Shown piece after piece: positions 15,051 to 23,255 of a DNA stretch of 48,503 bases; within the stretch, counting starts at the first letter, position 1, and the number at the start of each line of letters is the position of its first letter. The notes beneath the pieces were generated by a model. That model saw nothing but the letters and a program-made list of their open reading frames with translations, did no database searches and was not told the DNA's origin. The DNA lies in contig DAOLIZ010000003.1 in the NCBI GenBank assembly GCA_035328285.1, positions 1 through 48,503 on the forward strand, written 5' to 3'. The stretch is from Gemmatimonadales bacterium. GTDB lineage: Bacteria > Gemmatimonadota > Gemmatimonadetes > Gemmatimonadales > GWC2-71-9. The position numbers and the translations under genes are program-made.

Positions 15051-16069
15051 CGGAGGTAGGCTCCCGAGTGGACGTAGTTCATGGCCAGCGACGTGACCAG
15101 GGTGGTCAGCGCCACGGTAATGGCGGGTTCCTGCGACTCGTGGTAGGACAGGTCCAGGCTCTGGGCCCTCGCGGCCAGGTGATCGACCAGGACGCGCGTG
15201 CGATCGGGGAAATGCCCGGTCCACCGGAAGACGTTGTCGAGGAGCTCCGGTTCCAGACGGCGCAGCAACTGGGAGGCCGCCCTCGGCTGGAGCATGGCGC
15301 CACGGTCGGGGAAGATGCTCTTCAGCGTCATGTCCAGGTTCAGGCCGAGCCGCGACTCCTGCGGCAGCAGGTCGCGGTAGAACTTGGCGAGGGAGTACTC
15401 GATCTCCCCCACATCCTCGTCCAGCTCGTCGTCGACCACGATCGGCTCCCGGTCCAGCAGCGAGGCGAGGGTGCGTTCGCAGTACTCCAGCTTGGCCAGC
15501 GCCTCCGGCCGCCCCGCATACTCGGCGCGCCAGTCTGATCCCGGGGTGATGAAGACGGCAAAGGTCTCCGCCCAATCCTCGTCCGGGTGCTTCTGGGCAT
15601 ACCAGCCCGGCAGGTGCCTGACGTGCTTCTTGCTGAACGGAATCGGGCGGTAGTCGTCCTCGTACGGTTCGCTCATCGATCCGAAGAGCCGCTCCCACTC
15701 CGGCCGGTCGTAGAGCCGGTAGGCGTAATTCACCACGTGACCCATCTCGTGACGCAGGTAGCGGAGGATCTCGTCCCGGTTGTGTCCCTCGACATGGCCG
15801 GCCCGCTCGGCATGCATCTCCTCGAGCTCCTCGTGGGCCAGGTAGAACGGAATGGCGATGGCCACCGTCTCGAACGGCACCCCCCACTCCGTGGAGAGGT
15901 AGAAGCGGGGCGAGACCCGCCGCAGCCCGACGACCTCGAGCTCCTTGCGGAACTCCTCCACGACCGGCTCCAGCCGGGTCCCCTCGATGGTGAGGCCCAG
16001 ATCGCGAATGGGCATCGACCAGAGGGTCGATTCGCGGAAGGTGGTCGGGGGCGAGTGCGGGGCGGTCAT
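15047..16069 (-). CDS. Putative zinc-binding metallopeptidase (HEMGH; Peptidase_Mx-like)
   Basis: 340 aa. LRHEMGHVVNYAY HEXXH motif and downstream DEDWAETFA. Its stop shares the CTAG tetranucleotide with the ATP-grasp stop. Confidence 0.75.
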   Translation of the reverse strand: MTAPHSPPTTFRESTLWSMPIRDLGLTIEGTRLEPVVEEFRKELEVVGLRRVSPRFYLSTEWGVPFETVAIAIPFYLAHEELEEMHAERAGHVEGHNRDEILRYLRHEMGHVVNYAYRLYDRPEWERLFGSMSEPYEDDYRPIPFSKKHVRHLPGWYAQKHPDEDWAETFAVFITPGSDWRAEYAGRPEALAKLEYCERTLASLLDREPIVVDDELDEDVGEIEYSLAKFYRDLLPQESRLGLNLDMTLKSIFPDRGAMLQPRAASQLLRRLEPELLDNVFRWTGHFPDRTRVLVDHLAARAQSLDLSYHESQEPAITVALTTLVTSLAMNYVHSGAYLR

Positions 16070-16111
16070 CTGAAAAAGGTAGTCGCCTCCGGCCCGATGG
16101 GGAGGAGGATG

Positions 16112-16139
16112 AATCCGGATTGCGTACGTAATTACGTAC
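16112..16139. promoter_or_regulatory. Candidate operator: two adjacent perfect palindromes in an AT-rich divergent intergenic region
   Basis: AATCCGGATT (16112-16121) and GTACGTAATTACGTAC (16124-16139), 22 nt upstream of the MFS ATG (16161). Confidence 0.5.
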
Positions 16140-16160
16140 AGTAGAAAGATAAAACATTAC

Positions 16161-17396
16161 ATGACAAAGACTTACAGCAGCGCTGGCGACGGCCAGCCAA
16201 CGGCCCCGCTGCCCCCCGGCCCCGCTGCCCTCCCTGCAACGGTCAAGGGCCTTTCCCTCGTCTCGCTCTTCAACGACTTCGCGAGCGAGATGGTCTACCC
16301 CCTCCTGCCCGCCTTCATCACATCGCTCGGCGGCGGCCCCGCCCTCCTCGGGGCGCTCGATGGCGCGTCCGACCTCACCTCGGCCCTCCTCAAGTGGCTC
16401 AGCGGCCGCTGGGCGGACAGGCCCCGATGGCGGAAGCCCCTGATTCTCGTGGGATACGGCACGGCCCTCTTCATCCGGCCCTTCATCGCCCTGGCGGGAG
16501 CGGCCAGCACGGTCCTCGGGTTCCGGGTCATCGACCGGGTGGGGAAGGGGCTTCGGACGCCGGCCCGCGACGCGATGATCGCGGATGCCACCCCCGCGCC
16601 GCTCCTCGGCCGGGCCTTCGGATTCCACCGCGGCGCTGATCACTTCGGCGCGGTGCTCGGGTCGGTGGCCGCGTGGTTCCTGTTGACCAGGGGGGTGCCG
16701 GTCCGCGATGTCATCGCGTGGACCTGGCTCCCCGGGGTCGTCGTCATGCTGATCCTCTTCCGGGTGCTGCGACATGCCCCGTCGGTCAAGCCGCGCGATC
16801 CGGTCGCGCCGACACAGCTCGACGCCACCGGCCGGGTATTCTGGGGACCGATGCTGATGCTGGCGGCGCTCACCCTCTTCCGGGTGCCCGAGGCGCTGCT
16901 GCTCTTCCGTCTGCAGGGACTGGGCGTGCCGGTGGCCACCGTTCCCCTGGTCTGGGCCGGCCTCCACGTGGTGCGCAGCGGGGCGGCCTATCCCGGCGGG
17001 TGGTTGAGCGACACGCTGGGCACCCGGGGGACAGTGGCGGTCGGCGGGCTGTTGTTCGCGGGGGTGATGTACCTGCTGGGTGGTGCGCTCACCGAGGCGG
17101 CCGGCGTGGCCGCCTTCCTGGCGCTCGGCCTGGCGGGAGGACTGCTGGAACCGGCGGAGCGGTCACTCGTGGCGCAACTGGCGCCGGTGCGAACCGGACG
17201 CGGTTTCGGGGCCTATCACGGGGTCACCGGGCTGGCCGCACTTCCCGCCGGCCTCCTGTTCGGGCTGGTCTACCAGCGCGCCGGGGCGGAGGTCGCCCTC
17301 CGGGCGTCGGCGGCGCTGATGACCGTCACGGCGCTGGGGTGGCTGGTGATTCGCTCCCCCGGTCGGACCCCTCCACCACCCCTCCGGACACGATGA
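16161..17396 (+). CDS. MFS transporter
   Basis: 411 aa with about 12 TM helices. FNDFASEMVYPLLPAF and RVIDRVGKGLRTPARDA motifs. Confidence 0.85.
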   Translation: MTKTYSSAGDGQPTAPLPPGPAALPATVKGLSLVSLFNDFASEMVYPLLPAFITSLGGGPALLGALDGASDLTSALLKWLSGRWADRPRWRKPLILVGYGTALFIRPFIALAGAASTVLGFRVIDRVGKGLRTPARDAMIADATPAPLLGRAFGFHRGADHFGAVLGSVAAWFLLTRGVPVRDVIAWTWLPGVVVMLILFRVLRHAPSVKPRDPVAPTQLDATGRVFWGPMLMLAALTLFRVPEALLLFRLQGLGVPVATVPLVWAGLHVVRSGAAYPGGWLSDTLGTRGTVAVGGLLFAGVMYLLGGALTEAAGVAAFLALGLAGGLLEPAERSLVAQLAPVRTGRGFGAYHGVTGLAALPAGLLFGLVYQRAGAEVALRASAALMTVTALGWLVIRSPGRTPPPPLRTR

Positions 17397-17907
17397 AGGC
17401 CATCACGTCGCTGCTGTTGGCGGCGATCGGGCTCACCTGGTCGCGCGGAAAGAGCAGGACCTGGCCGGCGAAGTTGTAGGACTGGGGCAGGTAGACGGCG
17501 ACCAGGTCGGTCAGGCCCAGGGAGTCGAGCGATTCCCGCGTGAGGAAGCCGAGGGCGCGGGCGTTGCCGCCGGGAAAGAGCCGCACGATGACCGGGCGAT
17601 CGAAGCGCTTCTTCTCCCCCACGAAGGCGCCGAGCACCTCCTTCAGCGAATTGTAGAGGAAGCGGACCAGCGGCACCCGCACCATGGCCTGCTCGACGAG
17701 CCCGAAGAGCGTGCTCCACAGGTAGGTGGTGGCCAGCCATCCGACCAGCGTGATGAGCGCGATGGTCACGACGAACCCGACCCCGTCCCACGGCAGGCCG
17801 AGCCAGCTGTCGACCGCGCGGAAGATGCTCCAGCAGACGTAGAGCGTCAGGGCGATCGGCGTGGAGAGCAGGAGCCCGTTCACGAAGTACCGGACCATGC
17901 GGTTCAT
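17326..17907 (-). CDS. DUF502-domain membrane protein
   Basis: ATG at 17907 overlaps the ybdD-like stop (TGATG). Two N-terminal TM helices, then RVPLVRFLYNSLKEV and YLPQSYNFAGQVLLFPRDQV. Confidence 0.85.
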   Translation of the reverse strand: MNRMVRYFVNGLLLSTPIALTLYVCWSIFRAVDSWLGLPWDGVGFVVTIALITLVGWLATTYLWSTLFGLVEQAMVRVPLVRFLYNSLKEVLGAFVGEKKRFDRPVIVRLFPGGNARALGFLTRESLDSLGLTDLVAVYLPQSYNFAGQVLLFPRDQVSPIAANSSDVMAFIVSGGVVEGSDRGSESPATPAP

Positions 17908-18101
17908 CAGCAGCACCTTGTCGGGGAATCGCCGTAGCGCGCGGTGAGGTACTCGGCATAGTACTCACGTTCGGAGGGCATCGCTGTGCCGGGGTGGTGC
18001 CGGCGCCGGTGCTCGAGGTAGGCGGCGTAGTCCGGCATGCCGGCCATCCGGCGGATCGCCCGCAGCGCGCGCTGGAGCCAGCCGCCCACCTCAGCGCGCA
18101 T
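17907..18101 (-). CDS. ybdD: YbdD/YjiX-family small protein (CstA partner)
   Basis: GMPDYAAYLEHRRRHHPGTAMPSEREYYAEYLTARYGDSPTRCC, ending in the characteristic RCC. ATG at 18101 (alternative GTG at 18116) overlaps the cstA 3' end. Confidence 0.85.
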   Translation of the reverse strand: MRAEVGGWLQRALRAIRRMAGMPDYAAYLEHRRRHHPGTAMPSEREYYAEYLTARYGDSPTRCC

Positions 18102-20130
18102 AGCTGGTCGCCACACGCGGCGCCTCCCGGGTGGTGGCGGGCGTCGTCCCCCGCAGGATTCCCAGCCAGACGCGCGCCGATGAGATCACCACGAGCACCA
18201 CGACTGCCATGAACAGCGCGGCCACCGCGACGTTGAGCCGGTCATTGAAGATCAGCCGGGCTCCCGTGGCCGGATCCACCCCTCCGCTCGCCACCTGCGC
18301 GCCGGTGGCTGCCGCGTGGGCCAGGAACCCGAGCCGCGGATCGGCGGCGAAGATCTTCTGCCAGCCCGCCGTCAGCGTGACGACCAGGAGCCAGGCGAGC
18401 GGGAGGAGGGTGACCCAGGCGTACCGGGCCTTGCCGGAGCGCATGAGCACCGTGGTCCCGACCGCGAGTGCGATGGCGGCGAGCAACTGGTTGCTGATCC
18501 CGAAGAGCGGCCAGAGGGTGTTGATCCCGCCGAGCGGATCGTGGACGCCCTGCAGGAGGAACCAGCCCCAGCCCGCCACCACCGCGCCGGACGCGAGGAC
18601 GGTGCTCGGATACCAGGACGTCCGTCCCATCGGCTCCCAGAGATGCCCCGCCAGTTCCTGGAACATGAACCGGCCGACGCGGGTGCCGGTATCCACCGTG
18701 GTCAGGATGAACAGCGCCTCGAACATGATGGCGAAGTGGTACCAGAGCGCGGTCAGGTGGGCGCCGAACACCCCGGCGAAGATCTGCGCCATGCCGACCG
18801 CGAGCGAGGGGGCCCCGCCGGTGCGCGCCAGCAGGGTGGACTCCCCGACCGAGGCGGCCAGCGACTGCATCTGCGCCGGCGTGACGACGAAGCCCCAGCC
18901 CCGAATCGTCTCGGCCGCGGCGTCGAGCGACCCGCCGAGCGTGGCGAGCGGGGCGTTGATGGCGAAGTAGACCCCGGGGTCCAGCACCGCCGCGGCGCAG
19001 AGGGCCATGACCGCGACGAACGACTCCATCAGCATCCCGCCATAGCCGATGAGGGGCGCGTCGCCCTCGCGGCGCAGCATCTTCGGGGTCGTGCCGCTCG
19101 CCACCAGCGCATGGAACCCGCTGATGGCGCCGCAGGCGATCGTGATGAAGGCGAAAGGAAAGAGCTTTCCGGCGAAGATCGGCCCGGTCCCGTCGATGAA
19201 CTGCGTCACCGCGGGGAGCTTGATGGGGGGGAGCGCGACGAGAATGCCGACCGCGAGGAGGGTGATGGTGCCGATCTTCATGAACGTGGAGAGATAGTCC
19301 CGCGGGCAGAGCAGCATCCAGACCGGCAGCACGCTGGCCACGAACCCGTAGCCGATGATCAGCCAGGCGATGGTCCCGGCGTTCATCGTGAAGTACGGGG
19401 CGAGCACGGGGCTCTCGGCCACGAGCCGGCCCCCGACCAGCGACACCATCAGGAGGACGATGCCGACGCTGGTGGCTTCGAGCGTCCGGCCTGGGCGCCA
19501 CACCTTCATCCACCACCCCATCAGCAGCGCGATCGGCACCGTGGAGGCGATGGTGAAGAGTCCCCACGGACTGTCCCGCAGCGCGTTGACCACCACGAGG
19601 GCGAGCACGGCCAGCAGGATGATCATGATGGCCAGGATGGCCACCATCGCGGCCACGCCGGTCACCGGTCCGATCTCCTCCTTGGCCATCTGCCCGAGCG
19701 ACTTGCCGTCGCGGCGCATCGAGGCGAAGAGGATGACGAAGTCCTGCACGGCGCCCCCCAGCACCACGCCGAACACGATCCAGAGCATGCCGGGGAGGTA
19801 GCCGAACTGGGCGGCGAGCACCGGCCCGACCAGCGGGCCGGCCCCCGCGATGGCGGCAAAGTGATGCCCGAAGAGCACGCCGCGTGTCGTCGGCACGAAG
19901 TCCCGGCCGTTGCTCAGCCGCTCGGCGGGGGTGGCACGGGTCGGGTCGATCTCCAGTACCCTCGTGGCCAGGAACCGGGCATAGAACCGGTAGCCGACGA
20001 GGTAGGTGCCGACCGCCGCGAGGACCAGCCAGGCGGCGTTGATGGTTTCCCCCCGGTGCAGGGCGAGGACCCCCCACGACACCGCGCCGACCACGGACAC
20101 GAGGATCCAGCCGATGGTTTGCATTGGCAT
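18091..20130 (-). CDS. cstA: Carbon starvation protein A (peptide/pyruvate transporter family)
   Basis: 679 aa from the ATG at 20130 (MPMQTIGWIL...). Polytopic, with GHHFAAIAGAGPLVGPVLAAQFGYLPG and ACGAISGFHALVASGTTPK motifs. Confidence 0.95.
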   Translation of the reverse strand: MPMQTIGWILVSVVGAVSWGVLALHRGETINAAWLVLAAVGTYLVGYRFYARFLATRVLEIDPTRATPAERLSNGRDFVPTTRGVLFGHHFAAIAGAGPLVGPVLAAQFGYLPGMLWIVFGVVLGGAVQDFVILFASMRRDGKSLGQMAKEEIGPVTGVAAMVAILAIMIILLAVLALVVVNALRDSPWGLFTIASTVPIALLMGWWMKVWRPGRTLEATSVGIVLLMVSLVGGRLVAESPVLAPYFTMNAGTIAWLIIGYGFVASVLPVWMLLCPRDYLSTFMKIGTITLLAVGILVALPPIKLPAVTQFIDGTGPIFAGKLFPFAFITIACGAISGFHALVASGTTPKMLRREGDAPLIGYGGMLMESFVAVMALCAAAVLDPGVYFAINAPLATLGGSLDAAAETIRGWGFVVTPAQMQSLAASVGESTLLARTGGAPSLAVGMAQIFAGVFGAHLTALWYHFAIMFEALFILTTVDTGTRVGRFMFQELAGHLWEPMGRTSWYPSTVLASGAVVAGWGWFLLQGVHDPLGGINTLWPLFGISNQLLAAIALAVGTTVLMRSGKARYAWVTLLPLAWLLVVTLTAGWQKIFAADPRLGFLAHAAATGAQVASGGVDPATGARLIFNDRLNVAVAALFMAVVVLVVISSARVWLGILRGTTPATTREAPRVATSYAR

Positions 20131-20167
20131 AAGATGTTGACGAAGTGCGCCCGCCGGAAGCACCTTC

Positions 20168-20215
20168 GCTGCCCCGCTGCCCCGCTGCCCCGCTGCCCCG
20201 CTGCCCCGCTGCCCC
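20168..20215. repeat. Perfect tandem octanucleotide repeat (GCTGCCCC)x6; (GGGGCAGC)x6 on the cstA sense strand
   Basis: Six exact 8-nt units counted directly, followed by a degenerate GCCTGC. Lies between cstA (start 20130) and the divergent SDR gene. Confidence 0.95.
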
Positions 20216-20331
20216 GCCTGCTTGCCCTCTTCCCGGCCGCGCCGTACCTTCGACGGTCTATGCCGACTCCTCCCTCCGAATTCAAGGGCAGCCACTGGCA
20301 GGCGGCCGGCCGCCGCAGCGGCGGCGCCGTG

Positions 20332-21126
20332 ATGGAACAGCCGGAGCCCCAGCGCGTGGCCGACACCGGGTTCCGGGGCAAGGTGGCTGTCGTCACCGGG
20401 GGCGCCACCGGCCTTGGCCGGGCCATCGCCCTCGAGTTCGGCCGGCAGGGGTGTCACGTCGCCTTCTGCTTTGTGGACCTCCCCGGCCGGGACGTCACCG
20501 AGCAGGCGCTGCTGACGGAGACCTCCCTCCGGGCGATGGGGGTGGAGGTCTACGCCGCCAAGTGCGACGTGCGCGACGCCGACGCGGTCGACCGGTTCAT
20601 GACCGAAGTCCGCCGTGAACTCGGCGGGTTGCATATCCTCGTCAACAACGCCGGCATCGCCATGGACGGCGCGCTCTGGCGCATGACGGACAAGGCGTGG
20701 AAGGACGTGCTGGAGACCAACATCACCGGCACCTTCCAGTGCATTCGTGCCGTGTCGCAGGGGTTCCGGGAACAGCGGTATGGCAAGATCGTGAATGTGA
20801 GCGCCCACCAGGCCGAGCGGCCCGGATTCGGCGTGGCCAACTACGCCGCGAGCAAGGCGGGGGTCATCGGCCTGACGCGTGCCGCCGCGGTGGAGCTCGG
20901 CCCGTCGAACGTGAACGTCAACGCCGTCGCCCCTGGCTTCATCCGGACCGAACGCATGGGGATGCTGCCCGACGACGTGATCGACCGGGCCCGGAAGCAC
21001 TCGGTGCTGGGCCGGGTCGCGGAGCCGGCCGACGTCGCCAAGGTGATCGCCTTCCTCTGCTCTGATGACGCCCGCCACGTGACCGGCCAGGTGCTGGTCG
21101 TGGACGGGGGCCTTTCGCTCGAATAG
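20332..21126 (+). CDS. SDR-family oxidoreductase (FabG-like)
   Basis: GKVAVVTGGATGLGRA, NNAG, and YAASK (YxxxK). Start at ATG 20332; alternative ATG at 20260. Confidence 0.85.
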   Translation: MEQPEPQRVADTGFRGKVAVVTGGATGLGRAIALEFGRQGCHVAFCFVDLPGRDVTEQALLTETSLRAMGVEVYAAKCDVRDADAVDRFMTEVRRELGGLHILVNNAGIAMDGALWRMTDKAWKDVLETNITGTFQCIRAVSQGFREQRYGKIVNVSAHQAERPGFGVANYAASKAGVIGLTRAAAVELGPSNVNVNAVAPGFIRTERMGMLPDDVIDRARKHSVLGRVAEPADVAKVIAFLCSDDARHVTGQVLVVDGGLSLE

Positions 21127-21284
21127 GCCGCCCTCGCCCCACCCCTCCCATCCCATTAGATTTCCGCGGCTTACGGCCCTTCGTCCCGAGGAACGGCGAA
21201 GAGCGTATCCCGTTGTTCAACAGTGACTTACCAGAGGGTGTTCGCCCCTGATGTTGGGCCGGATGCCCGGACAAGGGAGTCCAC

Positions 21285-21971
21285 GTGTACCGCATATCCC
21301 GCTTGCTGGTGCTTGTCGGCCTGGCCGCCTGCGCCGGTGGCAGCCAGGCCTCGGTCGGCCCCGACCCGGTCGAGGCGCAGGATGCCGCGCCACCCAAGTC
21401 GAAGAACCAGGTGAAGATGCCGCCCGCGATCCCGATGAACACCCTCGGCATCGCGGGGCAGGTCGTCGGCGTCTTTCCCATCACCCTCGTCGTGGCGCGG
21501 GATTCCCTCGCGGGGCAGCCGCCCTTTGCCAACCGCGCGAGCAGCCTCTCGTGGGCGGACTCCATCATGGGCGAGATGCTGATGATGCGGGCGCCCGACG
21601 TGAAGTGGAAACTCCCCGACCAGATGCGGGCGCTCGCCCGGAGCGCGCCCGGCATTGCCGCCGACCCCGATTACCTCGGCCAGGCGGCCCTGCGTGATCC
21701 GCAGATCACCAAGGTGCCCAACCCGCTGATTTCCAACCTGCGCAACCTCATGGCCATTGCCGGGGGCCGCTACGCCTTCGTGCCGGCGTCGCTCTCCTTC
21801 CAGCACGACAGCAGTGGAGCCGTCGAGGCGCGCGCCAATTTCGTCGGCATCGACACCCGGATGGGCGATGTCGTGTTCCGCAGCTACATCGTCGCCGCGG
21901 GGGCCACCCCGGCCGCGGCAATGGACTCCGTGATGACCATTCTCTTCCCCGCGATCACCGTCGAACCATGA
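21285..21971 (+). CDS. Hypothetical lipoprotein
   Basis: GTG start with AAGGGAG SD. Signal peptide with lipobox LVLVGLAAC. Its stop overlaps the next gene start (ATGA). Confidence 0.7.
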   Translation: MYRISRLLVLVGLAACAGGSQASVGPDPVEAQDAAPPKSKNQVKMPPAIPMNTLGIAGQVVGVFPITLVVARDSLAGQPPFANRASSLSWADSIMGEMLMMRAPDVKWKLPDQMRALARSAPGIAADPDYLGQAALRDPQITKVPNPLISNLRNLMAIAGGRYAFVPASLSFQHDSSGAVEARANFVGIDTRMGDVVFRSYIVAAGATPAAAMDSVMTILFPAITVEP

Positions 21972-22984
21972 GCCACGCCGTCACGTTGATTCCGGGCGAC
22001 GGCATCGGCCCCGAGATTACCGCCGCCACCCGACGGGTGCTCGAGGCGACCGGGGTGCGGTTCGACTGGGACGAACAGGTGGCCGGCATGGCCGCGGTGG
22101 ACCGGTCCGGCGACCCGCTCCCCGAGGCCACCGTCGAAAGCATCCGCCGCACGACGCTCGCGCTGAAGGGACCGCTCACGACCCCGGTCGGGACCGGCTT
22201 CCGCTCCGTGAACGTGGCGCTGCGGAAGGAATTCGAGCTCTACGCCAACGTGCGGCCGACCAAGAGCCTCGCCGGGGCGGGGAAGTTCCCGAATGTCGAC
22301 CTCGTGCTGGTGCGGGAGAACGTCGAGGGCCTCTACGTCGGGGTGGAACACTTCGTCCCGGTGGGCGGCGACCCGCGGGCGGTCGCGGAATCGGTGGCCA
22401 TCGTGACGCGCGGCGGATGCGAACGCATCATTCGCTACGCCTTCGAGTATGCGCTCCGCAAGGGCCGCAAGAAGGTGACCGTCATCCACAAGGCGAACAT
22501 CCTGAAGATGGTCAGCGGCCTCTTCCTCGAGGTCGGCCGCACGGTGGCCAAGGAGTATGAGGGGCGGCTCGCCTTCAACGACCTCATCATCGACAACGCC
22601 GCCATGCAGATGGTACTCCGCCCCGAGCAGTTCGACGTGATGGTCACCACCAACATGTTTGGCGACATCCTGAGCGACCTGGCGGCCGGCCTCATTGGCG
22701 GGCTGGGCCTGGCGCCGGGCGGGAACATCGGGTCGCGGGCCGCCGTCTTCGAGGCGGTGCACGGCAGTGCGCCCGACATCGCGGGGAAGAACGTCGCCAA
22801 CCCGTCCGCGCTCATTCTCGCCGGCGCGATGATGCTCGACCATCTCGGCGAGGTCGAGGCGGGTAACAGAGTCCGGGCCGCGGTGGCCCAGGTCATCGAG
22901 TTGGACACGGTGCGCACCCGCGACCTGGGCGGGACCGCCACGACCACGGAGTTCGGCGATGCGGTTGTCCGGCGGATCGCCTGA
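21968..22984 (+). CDS. Isocitrate/homoisocitrate dehydrogenase family enzyme (short NAD-type)
   Basis: 338 aa. IPGDGIGPEI, LKGPLTTP, RENVEGLY, NMFGDILSDLAAGLIGGLGLAPG. Confidence 0.9.
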   Translation: MSHAVTLIPGDGIGPEITAATRRVLEATGVRFDWDEQVAGMAAVDRSGDPLPEATVESIRRTTLALKGPLTTPVGTGFRSVNVALRKEFELYANVRPTKSLAGAGKFPNVDLVLVRENVEGLYVGVEHFVPVGGDPRAVAESVAIVTRGGCERIIRYAFEYALRKGRKKVTVIHKANILKMVSGLFLEVGRTVAKEYEGRLAFNDLIIDNAAMQMVLRPEQFDVMVTTNMFGDILSDLAAGLIGGLGLAPGGNIGSRAAVFEAVHGSAPDIAGKNVANPSALILAGAMMLDHLGEVEAGNRVRAAVAQVIELDTVRTRDLGGTATTTEFGDAVVRRIA

Positions 22985-23255
22985 CGTTCCCTGCCTCACC
23001 TGCGGCAAGCGGGTGTTCGGCCTCAAGTGGGGCACCGACTGCCCCGAGTGCCACGCCATCCGGCAGGCGCGGGCCAACCGCCTCGCCGGCCGTGTGGCCC
23101 TCGCGGGCACCGCGCTCATGGGGCTCTACGTCTGGGTCCGGGTGCCGGCCGAGCCGGTGCTGGGCCGCATCTACGGCGCCATCGCGGTCGCCGCTACCTA
23201 CATCCTCCTGCGCCGCATTGTGAGCCGCATTGCCATGGAGTATCTCCCCCGATGA
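22959..23255 (+). CDS. Small zinc-ribbon membrane protein (hypothetical)
   Basis: 98 aa. CLTCGKR...CPEC zinc ribbon followed by two TM helices. Its stop overlaps the DUF4139 start (ATGA). The start overlaps the dehydrogenase gene by 26 nt. Confidence 0.55.
   Translation: MRLSGGSPDVPCLTCGKRVFGLKWGTDCPECHAIRQARANRLAGRVALAGTALMGLYVWVRVPAEPVLGRIYGAIAVAATYILLRRIVSRIAMEYLPR

Noticed and set aside
13884-16967. Very long antisense or shadow ORFs. Examples: 13884..16967 (-) 1027 aa, 29238..32444 (-) 1068 aa, 43639..47241 (-) 1200 aa, 25638..28013 (-) 791 aa, 2280..3818 (-) 512 aa, 7312..9099 (-) 595 aa, 35271..37280 (+) 669 aa.
   Set aside because: They are Arg/Pro/Gly/Ala/His-rich low-complexity translations lying opposite or out of frame to genes with clear family motifs. 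Stop-codon scarcity at ~70% GC generates such ORFs. None shows a recognisable domain, SD or sensible start.
20168-20215. Possible CRISPR array or coding repeat.
   Set aside because: The units are 8 nt with no spacers, far too short for CRISPR. No cas genes are present, and the repeat lies outside the supported coding regions.
20131-21156. N-terminal 340-aa extension of the cstA ORF (18091..21156, 1021 aa), which would read through the octamer repeat and the antisense of the SDR gene.
   Set aside because: The CstA homology begins at MPMQTIGW (ATG 20130). The extension is low-complexity and antisense to a well-supported SDR gene. The repeat translating as GQRGSGAAGQRGSGAA is a by-product of this read-through.
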